Translations under genes and position numbers: made by a program
In this document: in pieces, positions 34,852-43,604 of the stretch
How positions within the stretch are numbered: position 1 is the stretch's first letter
Layout: every line of letters starts with the position of its first letter
Source of the DNA: Terriglobales bacterium
GTDB taxonomy: Bacteria > Acidobacteriota > Terriglobia > Terriglobales > Acidobacteriaceae
DNA: 62,135 nucleotides
NCBI GenBank assembly: GCA_035632755.1
Contig: DASQGF010000168.1
Span: 1-62,135 of the forward strand
Direction of reading: 5' to 3'
Notes under the pieces: model-generated
Told to the model about the DNA's origin: nothing
Databases searched by the model: none
The model's input: the letters and a program-made list of their open reading frames with translations, nothing else

Positions 34852-36912
34852 ATGACCCTGCAAACGATCGGGCGGTACAACATTGCGGCGGAACTGGGAA
34901 AGGGCGCCATGGGCGTGGTGTACAAGGCCACCGACCCCAACATCGGCCGCACCGTGGCCATCAAGACCACGCGGCTCGACACCCACGGCCTGGAAACCGC
35001 AGACCTGCTGCGCCGCTTCCGCAACGAAGCGCGTTCGGCTGGCACCCTCAATCATCCCAACATCGTCACCATCTACGACGCTGGCGAGCAGGACGGCGTC
35101 TTCTACATCGCCATGGAGTACATCGAGGGCGAGACCCTGCACGCGTTGCTCAGCCAGCATCGCTCGCTGCCGGTGGAGAAGGTCATCGACATCGTGCGTC
35201 AGGTCTGCGCCGGCCTCGATTACGCGCACGCCCACGGCGTGATCCACCGCGACATCAAGCCGGCCAACATCATGCTGGCGGCCAATGGTGTGGTGAAGGT
35301 GATGGATTTCGGCATCGCCAAGGCGGGCGGCACCATGACCGCCACCGGCCAGGTATTGGGCACGCCCAATTACATGTCCCCGGAGCAGGTGAAGGGAAAG
35401 TCTATCGACGGCCGCTCCGATCTGTTCAGCGTGGGCGTGCTTCTCTACGAGATGCTGACCGGCGAGAAGCCCTTCGACGGCCAGAACGTCACCACCATCA
35501 TCTACAAGATCGTCTCCGAGAATCCCATTCCGCCGCGCGAACTCGACGTCACCATTCACCCCGGCCTCAGCGTCGTCGTGACCAAGGCATTGGCCAAAGC
35601 CCCGGATGAGCGCTATCAGACGGGTGCGGCCCTGGTCGCCGACCTGGCGAACTACAAATCGTTCGGGTCGGAAGCCGGCGCCACCCAGTTGATCTCGCCG
35701 GTCGGCGATCGCACCCTCGTGACACCCCCGCCGGCGCAGTTAAAGCCACCCGTCCCGGCTCCCTTAGCCACCGCCCCTGTCGCCGCAAAAGCTCCCGCTC
35801 CGCCAACGCCGGTCGCTGCGCCGCCGCGTACCCCTGTGCCGGCCAAGCCACCTGCAGGGAAAGCTCCTACGAAGGGCATGAATACGCGCGTGCTTGCCGG
35901 GATCGTCGTGTTGCTGCTGATCGCCGGCATCGCCGCCTGGCGCGTGCACCGCCGCCACCAGCAGGTAGCGCAGGAAGCAGCGGCGACACAAGCTCCACCA
36001 GCCGCGCAGGAGCCTGCTGCGCAACCACCGACATCACCGCCTCCTGAAACGGCAACCGCGCCGGCCACAACCCAGCCTGCGGAAACCACACCGGCTGCTG
36101 AGCCGCCGCTGCCGCCGCAACCAACGCCGCGCGCAGCGTCCAAGTCCAAGGCGAAGACGGCAGCGGCACAGGCGGCTCCTGCGCCGCCGCCTCCGACATC
36201 GTCGCCCGGGGCGTCCGCCACCGGCACCGTGCACGTCACCTCCACTCCCCCAGGCGCCACCGTCACCATTGACGGCGGCGGATCCTTCATCACGCCCTTC
36301 GATTCCCCGCCGCTCCAGCCCGGCGCGCACTTTTTCAGTATCTCTAAGGTTGGATATGCGGCTGCGCAGCGAAAGCTCGATGTGGTCGCCGGCAAGGCCA
36401 CGAACCTGGACGTGCCGCTGGCCGTCTCTGGTGCCGTCCTGGAGGTGCAGAGCGATCCTCCGGGCGCCGCCATCCTGGTAGACGAAAAGCCCACCAACAA
36501 GTTCACGCCGGCCAAGCTGGCAATCCCACAGGGCGAGCACAAGGTCCGCCTGCGCATGGAAGGTTACAAGGACGAGAACACCGTCATCCAGCTCGCCGAA
36601 GGCCAGACCTTCGGCTTGTCGCCCAAGCTCGCCCCCGCCAAGGCTTCCAAGCTGAAGCGTCTTTTCGGCGGGGGCGGCGGTTCACCCGAGGACATGGGGA
36701 CGCTGGATGTGGCCACTCACCCAGGCGGCGCGCACGTCACCCTGAACAACGCCGCGGCGGCGCAGACCACGCCCACCAAGGTGAGCGTCAAACCCGGCAA
36801 GTATGACCTCGCCATCATCCTTCCCGGCTACAAGACGGTTCATCGTACGGTCGAAATCGAGAAGGGCAAGACGCTGGGCGTGGACGAGGTTCTGGAGAAG
36901 GAGAAGCCCTAG
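34852..36912 (+). CDS. Ser/Thr protein kinase with Pro/Ala-rich linker, TM helix and three PEGA domains
   Basis: GKGAMGVVYKA, AIK, HRDIKPAN, DFG and SPE motifs. TM helix VLAGIVVLLLIAGIAAW. Three PEGA-like modules (e.g. PPGATVTIDG...KVGY). Confidence 0.9.
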   Translation: MTLQTIGRYNIAAELGKGAMGVVYKATDPNIGRTVAIKTTRLDTHGLETADLLRRFRNEARSAGTLNHPNIVTIYDAGEQDGVFYIAMEYIEGETLHALLSQHRSLPVEKVIDIVRQVCAGLDYAHAHGVIHRDIKPANIMLAANGVVKVMDFGIAKAGGTMTATGQVLGTPNYMSPEQVKGKSIDGRSDLFSVGVLLYEMLTGEKPFDGQNVTTIIYKIVSENPIPPRELDVTIHPGLSVVVTKALAKAPDERYQTGAALVADLANYKSFGSEAGATQLISPVGDRTLVTPPPAQLKPPVPAPLATAPVAAKAPAPPTPVAAPPRTPVPAKPPAGKAPTKGMNTRVLAGIVVLLLIAGIAAWRVHRRHQQVAQEAAATQAPPAAQEPAAQPPTSPPPETATAPATTQPAETTPAAEPPLPPQPTPRAASKSKAKTAAAQAAPAPPPPTSSPGASATGTVHVTSTPPGATVTIDGGGSFITPFDSPPLQPGAHFFSISKVGYAAAQRKLDVVAGKATNLDVPLAVSGAVLEVQSDPPGAAILVDEKPTNKFTPAKLAIPQGEHKVRLRMEGYKDENTVIQLAEGQTFGLSPKLAPAKASKLKRLFGGGGGSPEDMGTLDVATHPGGAHVTLNNAAAAQTTPTKVSVKPGKYDLAIILPGYKTVHRTVEIEKGKTLGVDEVLEKEKP

Positions 36913-36920
36913 CCCGCGTT

Positions 36921-38555
36921 ATGGCGAGGCTCATCATCTCGGCGCCGGACGGCAAGCGCGGCATCCTGGAACTGACCAAGCCGGTCATCACCGTAGGCCG
37001 CGGCAATGCCAACGATCTGGTGCTCAACGATCCCAGCGTTTCCCGCTTCCACGCGGTGGTGAAGCAGTCGCCGGAGGGAGCGGTGGTGATCGCCGATCGC
37101 GGCAGCACCAATGGGGTGATGGTGAACGGCGCTCGCATCGCTACCGAAGTCGAACTCCACAAGGGCGACCGGGCGCGCATTGGGGCCTACGAGCTGGTAT
37201 TCGAGTCGGTGGACGATTCCGTTCTGCAGATCCGCCGCGCTGACATTCCTTCGGCCATCGAGAACGTGCTGCGCGGCGGTCCCGCCAGCCAGCCGGTGAA
37301 GATCTCCGAGACCGACGTGGCCCGCGAGTCCAGCGCCACCCTGGAGAAGCTGGAGCGGGAAAACTTCCTGCTGCGCATGCTCTACGACGCCGGCAAGGCG
37401 CTGCACGCCAAGCTATCCATCGACGACATCGCCGCCGAGGTGATGGGACTGGCTTTCCGCGTGGAAGGCGTGGAGCGCGGTTTCATCATGCTTTTCGACG
37501 AGAGGGGCGAAGTCACCCGCCAGACCGAGGTGCGCTACCGCGTGGCCCCCGCCAAGGAGCAGCCGCAGATCATCCTCAGCCGCTCCGTGCTGGAGCGCAT
37601 GAAGACCGAGCTGCAGCCCATCCTCATCACCGACCTTTCCGCCGACGAGCGTTTTCGCGCCAGCGAGAGCATGATGATCTCCGGTCTGCGCTCCGCCATC
37701 TGCACGCCCCTGGTGGCGCAGAACCGCCTGGCCGGCGTGCTATACGTGGACAACCTCAACAAGACTGCGGCCTTCACCCAGGATGAGCTGGACGTGCTCA
37801 CCGTGGTTTCGGCGCAGGCGGCCGCCGCCATCGACAGCGCCAAGACCCATGCCGAACTGGCCGAGCACGCCATGCAGCGCTCCGCGCTCGAGCGTTTTCT
37901 CTCTCCCGAAGTGGTGGAGATGATCGCCGCCAACCCGCAAGAGGTGAAGCTGGGTGGCGTGAGCCAGAAAGTCACCATCCTGTTCGCTGATATTCGCAAC
38001 TTCACCGGCCTCTCGGAAACCCTGCCGCCGGAGAAGATCGTCGAGATCCTGAACGAGTACTTCACCCGCGTTACCGACGTGATCTTCGATTACGGGGGCA
38101 CGCTCGACAAATATCTCGGTGACGGCGTCATGGCGGTGTTCGGCGCGCCCATCTCCAAGGGCAACGATGCCGCTAGCGCCGTGCGCTCCGCCATCGCCAT
38201 TCAGCGCCTGGTGAGCGAGATGAACCGCGACGCTTCCGCCCGCGGCTGGCCGCGCCTGGGCGTCGGGATCGGAGTGAATACCGGGGTGGTGACCGCCGGG
38301 AACATCGGCTCGCCGCGCCGCATCGATTACACCGTGATCGGCGACCCGGTGAACGTGGCTTCGCGCCTGATGACCAATGCCTCGGCGGGGCAGACGCTTA
38401 TCTCCGAGGACACCGCCCGCGACCTCGGCAGCGCACCCGAGTTCCAGCTCACCCGCCTGGCCCCGCTGCAGGTTAAGGGCAAGAGCCAGCCCCTCTCCGT
38501 GTTTAGTGTCGATTCCGGACAGGACACGCGCGAAATACCAGCATCCTCCGGGTGA
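36921..38555 (+). CDS. FHA - GAF - class III adenylate/guanylate cyclase
   Basis: FHA (ITVGRGNANDLVLNDPSVSRFHAVV), a GAF region and a cyclase domain (VTILFADIRNFTGLSE...GDGVMAVFGAP). Starts 8 nt after the kinase stop. Confidence 0.9.
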   Translation: MARLIISAPDGKRGILELTKPVITVGRGNANDLVLNDPSVSRFHAVVKQSPEGAVVIADRGSTNGVMVNGARIATEVELHKGDRARIGAYELVFESVDDSVLQIRRADIPSAIENVLRGGPASQPVKISETDVARESSATLEKLERENFLLRMLYDAGKALHAKLSIDDIAAEVMGLAFRVEGVERGFIMLFDERGEVTRQTEVRYRVAPAKEQPQIILSRSVLERMKTELQPILITDLSADERFRASESMMISGLRSAICTPLVAQNRLAGVLYVDNLNKTAAFTQDELDVLTVVSAQAAAAIDSAKTHAELAEHAMQRSALERFLSPEVVEMIAANPQEVKLGGVSQKVTILFADIRNFTGLSETLPPEKIVEILNEYFTRVTDVIFDYGGTLDKYLGDGVMAVFGAPISKGNDAASAVRSAIAIQRLVSEMNRDASARGWPRLGVGIGVNTGVVTAGNIGSPRRIDYTVIGDPVNVASRLMTNASAGQTLISEDTARDLGSAPEFQLTRLAPLQVKGKSQPLSVFSVDSGQDTREIPASSG

Positions 38556-38616
38556 CGCCGGCGTCGCGCCGGCTTGGGGCGCGGAGTGCGCCGGGCGCCG
38601 CGTACAATCTCATTGA

Positions 38617-38658
38617 CTGGCCACTGCCCATTGAGCGCTGCTCACTGGCGACTGGCTA
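38617..38658 (+). repeat. heptamer tandem array (CTGSYSA x6)
   Basis: CTGGCCA CTGCCCA TTGAGCG CTGCTCA CTGGCGA CTGGCTA. It contains the stop codon and last codons (..VASRQ*) of the minus-strand TPR gene. Confidence 0.75.
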
Positions 38659-39388
38659 CCGGAGCCTTGCTCTGTCCGAACTCGCGCGCCCGACGCAGGC
38701 ATTCCTCGGCTCCGGCCACATCTCCCTGCGCCCGGCGGATCACCGCCAGGTGAAAGAGGCTGCTGACCTCACCCACAGCCTGGTCCTCGCTGTACTCGAA
38801 GGCACGCTCGGCGGCCTCCATTTCGCCCCGCCGCTCGCGGATCACGCCCATGTGGTAGTGCGCCATCAGGTACTCCGGCGTGAGGATGATGGACTCCTCG
38901 AACTGCTGGAGCGCCTCTTCGAGTTGCCCGGCGTGGAACAGCGCCAGCGCCAGCCGGTAGTGGGCGGCGTTGTAGTGTGGATCGATCTCCAGGCAGCGGC
39001 GGAAGGCGTGGATGGCCTCCAGCATGTTGCCCCGGTGATACCAGGCCACACCCAGGTCATAGTGCGCCAGGATGAAATTTGGCGCCGCCGCGACCGCCTG
39101 CTGATAGAAGCGCGTCGCCACTTCCAACACGCCTTCATGGAAATACAAGATGCCCAGCAGGTGATTGGCGAGCACATGGCCGGGATCGGATTCGAGGATG
39201 CGTTCCAACTCCTGGCGGGCTTCCTGGTTGCGGCCTTCGCGCTCGTGTACCAGGGCCAGCAGCACCCGCTGATCGAGGGACCCCTCGCGCAGGAAAATGC
39301 CGCATTCCGCGCAGAACTTCTGGCTCGCAGCGCAACCAGCGCCACACCTCGGACAACGCTCGACCGCAACCACTTTCTCGTTGCTCAT
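38642..39388 (-). CDS. zinc-ribbon plus TPR repeat protein
   Basis: 248 aa from MSNEKVVAVERCPRCGAGCAASQKFCAECG (double CxxC), followed by about six TPR motifs. Confidence 0.8.
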   Translation of the reverse strand: MSNEKVVAVERCPRCGAGCAASQKFCAECGIFLREGSLDQRVLLALVHEREGRNQEARQELERILESDPGHVLANHLLGILYFHEGVLEVATRFYQQAVAAAPNFILAHYDLGVAWYHRGNMLEAIHAFRRCLEIDPHYNAAHYRLALALFHAGQLEEALQQFEESIILTPEYLMAHYHMGVIRERRGEMEAAERAFEYSEDQAVGEVSSLFHLAVIRRAQGDVAGAEECLRRAREFGQSKAPVASRQ

Positions 39389-39600
39389 GGTATCCCTCGC
39401 CTGCGGACAGCTCCGCAGCCTCCATTCTCCCGACCCAGCTCCACCCTGCACAGTGACCGCAATCACAGGGGGTCGTGATTTGAGTCATCGTGCCCATCCA
39501 TCACGTACGCTTGTAAGCGCGGTCACAGACCCCTACGAGCACTCGCCTATAGTGGGAATTGCAGGATCATCGCGAGGCCTCGCTCGCGGGAGGCGTGCCC

Positions 39601-40266
39601 ATGTTTGAAGAAGAACTCAAGCTGCAGAAGGAATCCTCCTATTTCGTACCGTTGGTGATGGTGCTGGTGCTGATCGCCGTGATTGTGGGTGCGATCGGGT
39701 ACTGGGTCGTGCCCCACAGCCTGTCGCAGCCGCAGGCCGCCGGACTGGTTTCCGCCTACCTGAAGGGGCAGGGGCCGGCCACCGTCCACTTCCACGTCGG
39801 TGTGCTAAAACCCAGCGTGGACGAGAAGATTCGCGATCCTCATTACCGCCTCTTGGAAAAGGCCGGCATCCTCAAGCTGGGCAAGGCGAAGGGTGACACC
39901 GTCAGCGTTGCCTTTGCGCCCGAAGGTGAACGCAAGCTCGCCGCTATCCCCGGAGTGGTGAAGACCAGGAACTCGGATGGCAGCGATGCTTACACCGTTC
40001 CCCTGGCGGACCGCCAGTTGGCTGCCGTGTCCAAGGTCACGATGAGCGGCCGCGACGTAGCCTATGTGCAGTTCACCTGGAAATGGGCGCCCAACGAGTT
40101 AGGCAACGCCTTTGACGCCGCCGGGCCGCTGGCGAAGAGCTTCAATACCTGGGACCGCTCCACGCTCATCCAGAATTACGGCGTGGCGTTTTATCACGTG
40201 GAGCCCGCCCAGGCGTCATTGACCTTCGTGCGCGGAGACAAGGGCTGGAGACTGGCGGCGGAGTAG
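39601..40266 (+). CDS. membrane-anchored hypothetical protein
   Basis: 221 aa. GGGAGG lies 8 nt upstream. TM helix YFVPLVMVLVLIAVIVGAIGYWVV. I recognise no family. Confidence 0.6.
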   Translation: MFEEELKLQKESSYFVPLVMVLVLIAVIVGAIGYWVVPHSLSQPQAAGLVSAYLKGQGPATVHFHVGVLKPSVDEKIRDPHYRLLEKAGILKLGKAKGDTVSVAFAPEGERKLAAIPGVVKTRNSDGSDAYTVPLADRQLAAVSKVTMSGRDVAYVQFTWKWAPNELGNAFDAAGPLAKSFNTWDRSTLIQNYGVAFYHVEPAQASLTFVRGDKGWRLAAE

Positions 40267-40319
40267 GTGTGGTAGAGACTTAGCTGGCTGCGTCCGGCAA
40301 CGCCTCGATGATCCACCAG

Positions 40320-40490
40320 GGTGGAGCAGGCCTTTAGGCCTGCATTCATGCGGCCCTTTGAAATTGTGGGCTTTAGCCCCTGAGGTACCGTACGGGTCGA
40401 AGCGAATGCGTGTAAGGAATAGGTACCTCAGCGGCTAAAGCCGAGCATCAGCGATGCCGCCATAATGCAGGGCTGAAGCCCTGCTCCACT
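40320..40490. repeat. nested composite palindrome (~170 bp), REP/MITE-like
   Basis: Outer arms GTGGAGCAGGCCTTTAGGCCTGCATTCATGCGGC (40321-40354) and GCCGCCATAATGCAGGGCTGAAGCCCTGCTCCAC (40456-40489). Inner arms GGCTTTAGCCCCTGAGGTACC (40369-40389) and GGTACCTCAGCGGCTAAAGCC (40422-40442). Each outer arm also holds its own small hairpin. Confidence 0.8.
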
Positions 40491-40536
40491 CAGAACCCTC
40501 CGACATCGTGAATTAATTCGGGCTTGAGGGACACTG

Positions 40537-41463
40537 CTACGCCCGCCCTGTTTTCTGGCGCAGACCTGCCAGCGCCGCGATATGGTCGGGTGTGGTGCCG
40601 CAGCAACCGCCCAGGATGCGCGCTCCCATCTGCTGCCAACTTAAAGCCACTTGCAGGTAGCGAGCAGGCGGATACTCGTCGGTGAACACCCACTCCGGCG
40701 GATCGAAGCGCCCGATGTGGGGATACGCTCCTGTTGCCACCCGCGCATACGGCAACAGCTCCTTCATTCCTGCGTTGATGTCCCCCGGTGGGGCGCAGTT
40801 CAGCAGGATGGCGTCCACCCCCAGCGGCTCGAGCGCGGCGACCATTTCGGCCATGGTCTCGCCGGTGAACAGCCGTCCGCGTTCGTCGCACACAAAGCTG
40901 GTCCAGCAGGGAAGGCCAAGGCTTTTCGCCACTTCCAGTGCGGCGCGCGCTTCCGGGATGCTGTTCAGTGTCTCCAGTAGCACCAGGTCGGCGCCCGCGT
41001 CCTGCACCACCTCAAAGATCTCGCGGTACTCGCGTTTCGCCTGTCCGGGCGAGGGCGCCAAGTCAGGACGGAAGCACCATTCCAGCGTGGTGATGGCTGC
41101 GGCCACGGCGACCGGGCGTCCCGCGGCTGCGCGTTCGCGCGCTTCGATGGCCAGGCGCACCGAGGCCGCCAGCAGCTTGTCGGCGCGATCGTCGAGGTCG
41201 GTGGCGCCGATCTGCCGGCGGTGTGCCTCGTCCCGGAAGTGGTTGTAGAGCGCGCGCCGGCAGAGCTGGAAGCTGTTGGTGCTGATCACGTCGGCGCCGG
41301 CGCGGATGTAGTCCTCGTGAATGCCGCGCACGAATTCTGGCCGGCTCGCCAGTTGGTGGTCAGCCCAGGTGACGTTGCGGCGCAGAATCTCGGTGCCGAT
41401 GGCGCCGTCCAGGATCACCGTCTCACCCGCGCCGAGTTTCTTGCCGATCGCCTGGTAGCTCAT
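40537..41463 (-). CDS. homocysteine S-methyltransferase family protein (paralog B)
   Basis: 308 aa. Contains LDGAIGTE, NSFQ, LLNCAPP and GGCCGTTPDHI, the zinc-binding Cys motifs of the S-methyl_trans domain. Confidence 0.85.
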   Translation of the reverse strand: MSYQAIGKKLGAGETVILDGAIGTEILRRNVTWADHQLASRPEFVRGIHEDYIRAGADVISTNSFQLCRRALYNHFRDEAHRRQIGATDLDDRADKLLAASVRLAIEARERAAAGRPVAVAAAITTLEWCFRPDLAPSPGQAKREYREIFEVVQDAGADLVLLETLNSIPEARAALEVAKSLGLPCWTSFVCDERGRLFTGETMAEMVAALEPLGVDAILLNCAPPGDINAGMKELLPYARVATGAYPHIGRFDPPEWVFTDEYPPARYLQVALSWQQMGARILGGCCGTTPDHIAALAGLRQKTGRA

Positions 41464-42419
41464 GCCGACCTGGCTCCTTCCCGCCTGGCGTGCAGCGAGG
41501 TGTTGACCGCGGCGATGTGCGCCGGCGTGGTGCCGCAGCAGCCCCCGAGGATGGTGGCCCCTTCTTCCCGCCAGCGCTGGGCTTCGCTGGCGTAACGCTC
41601 GGGAGGCCAGTTCTCCGTCTCGGTGAACTGAGGAAAGAATTCGAATTTCCAGCTCGGCGGCGAGAACTTCCCGATGTGCGCGAAGCCGCCATAGGGAAGC
41701 CGCGTCGCAACTTTGACTTTGGCAAGCGCGCGGCCGATCTCGGCGGGCGGGGCGCAGTTCACCAGCACCGCCTGCGCACCCAGTTTCTCCACTTCCGCGA
41801 TGGCCTGGGCCAGCGGCTCGCGGCTCAGCAGTTCTCCTTCCGGCCCGATGACGAAGCTGATCCAGACCGGCAGTCCGACGGTGCGCGCCGCCTCGGCCAC
41901 GGCGCGCGCCTCCGCGATGGTGTTCATGCTCTCCGCCAGCAGCAGATCGGCGCCCTCTTCGGCGAAGACGCGAGCCAGCTCGAGTTGCTCCGCGCTCGCC
42001 TGCTCGAATGCGGGCGCCAGGTCGGGACGGAAGCAGTGCTCGAGCGGCGCCAGCACGCCCGCGATCGCCGCCTGCTTCTCCCGGCCTGCATTGGCGCGCG
42101 CCTGCCGCGCCACCCGGACGCTCGTTCGCAGGAGCCGCGGCGTCAGGTCTTCCAGTCCGGGCGCGCCGATGTGGCGCATGTGCTGGCGGTTGCGGAAGAC
42201 GTTGAGGTAGATGCGAGGATTCAGTTGGAAGGTGTTGGTACGCATCACGTCGGCGCCGGCGGCCAGATATTCTTCGTGCAGACGTTGAACGCTGTCGGCG
42301 TCGGTGAGCAGTCCGTGCTTGCGCCAGCGGACGCCGCGGCGCACCAGTTCCGTCCCCATGGCGCCGTCCAGCAGGACGGGCTCGCGGCTCTTCAATCGCG
42401 CTTCAAGCTGCTGGTACAT
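41460..42419 (-). CDS. homocysteine S-methyltransferase family protein (paralog A)
   Basis: 319 aa from MYQQLEARLKSREPVLLDGAMGTE. Contains LVNCAPP and GGCCGTTPAHI. Its stop overlaps the downstream paralog start (ATGA). Confidence 0.85.
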   Translation of the reverse strand: MYQQLEARLKSREPVLLDGAMGTELVRRGVRWRKHGLLTDADSVQRLHEEYLAAGADVMRTNTFQLNPRIYLNVFRNRQHMRHIGAPGLEDLTPRLLRTSVRVARQARANAGREKQAAIAGVLAPLEHCFRPDLAPAFEQASAEQLELARVFAEEGADLLLAESMNTIAEARAVAEAARTVGLPVWISFVIGPEGELLSREPLAQAIAEVEKLGAQAVLVNCAPPAEIGRALAKVKVATRLPYGGFAHIGKFSPPSWKFEFFPQFTETENWPPERYASEAQRWREEGATILGGCCGTTPAHIAAVNTSLHARREGARSA

Positions 42420-42520
42420 GGCGGCGGAGAGTATACAACCTGGTCCCATTTCGGGACTGCAATGCGCACACCCGACCGGACGCAGCAGGGCTAGAATTAA
42501 GGTGCGTGAGAGGTACTCCT

Positions 42521-42712
42521 ATGCAAATCGACCTGAGTTCTGAACAGGTTACTCTCCTGGCGGAGTTGCTACGCCGCGACTATCAGGAGCTGCGCGAGGA
42601 GATCTACAAGACCGAAGCCACCCGCTTCAAGGCCGATCTTCGCACAAAAGAAAAGTTGATGGAATCTTTGTTGGCGAAGTTTGAGCCCGGTGGTGTCGCC
42701 AGGACGGCGTAG
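42521..42712 (+). CDS. hypothetical 63-aa helical protein
   Basis: MQIDLSSEQVTLLAELLRRDYQELREEIYKTEATRFKADLRTKEKLMESLLAKF. GAGAGG lies about 7 nt upstream. Confidence 0.5.
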   Translation: MQIDLSSEQVTLLAELLRRDYQELREEIYKTEATRFKADLRTKEKLMESLLAKFEPGGVARTA

Positions 42713-42730
42713 GGATGGTCGCTGCCTCGG

Positions 42731-43105
42731 TCAGTCGTCCGCAGGCGATCCCATGGCCTGCAAGACCTGGCGGATCTGCTCTGCCTGCAGCTTGTCTTCG
42801 CGGTTCACGAGCAGGAACTCGGTGCCGTAATTATATCCGTTGCGGTTGCGGATGGTGCTGCGCACCCGCAAGGGCTGGCCATCATAGGGAGGGGTAAATT
42901 CGATGGCCACGCGCTGGCCGACCGTCAGCTCGACGCCGGCGAAGAGCGCCATGCCGCCTTCATTCAGCTCCATGCCCCGGCCGCTGACGATCACCGTCTT
43001 GTCCGGTCGCTGGACCACCACGCGGACAGGCACGTTGATGCGGTAACGCGGCCAACGCCGCATCCTGGCGTACCCCGGCTGCGGCATTACAACATCCGTG
43101 GCCAT
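42731..43105 (-). CDS. PilZ domain protein
   Basis: RRWPRYRINVPV (RxxxR-type motif) and D/N-x-S-x-x-G-like MELNEGGMAL. 124 aa single domain. Confidence 0.75.
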   Translation of the reverse strand: MATDVVMPQPGYARMRRWPRYRINVPVRVVVQRPDKTVIVSGRGMELNEGGMALFAGVELTVGQRVAIEFTPPYDGQPLRVRSTIRNRNGYNYGTEFLLVNREDKLQAEQIRQVLQAMGSPADD

Positions 43106-43273
43106 GCCTTCACCTCACTGCCGATGGTAATCTTCGTTCTTGTGGACGCTCAAATTACTTTAGGTCCGGGTACGAACGTACTGGCGATCCGCCGGTCGCG
43201 AATATCTCTGTACGATATAAAACGCACCAGCTAAAGCACCTGATTTTGGGCGCCGGAGTCGTATAATCGCAAT

Positions 43274-43513
43274 ATGGCCAGAGGTTGGGAAAGCAAGTCT
43301 GTGGAAGCGCAGATCGAGTCAGCCGAAACCAGCGACCAGGAATCCAGCCACCCCGACAACCCGGACCCGGAGCGCATACGCCGCCACCAGGCGCTGCTCC
43401 TCTCGCGCAGCCGGGTGCTGCAGCAACTGGAAGCCAGCCAGAATCCGCGACATCGCGAGATGCTGAACCAGGCCCTCGCCGATCTGGAAGCTCAGTTGGC
43501 GCAGTTCAATTAG
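43274..43513 (+). CDS. hypothetical 79-aa protein (MARGWESKSVEAQ N-terminus)
   Basis: ORF with TATAAT ending 6 nt before the ATG and no SD, so it may be leaderless. The N-terminal motif looks conserved to me, but I cannot name a family. Confidence 0.55.
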   Translation: MARGWESKSVEAQIESAETSDQESSHPDNPDPERIRRHQALLLSRSRVLQQLEASQNPRHREMLNQALADLEAQLAQFN

Positions 43514-43604
43514 CCGCGACGGGTTTCGCAATAGCTGTGACGCAAAGTAGCGCCGCTGTCTCGGCGGCTGGGATGGTACGCGGGTGGGGGCAGGGCTGAG
43601 ACCA

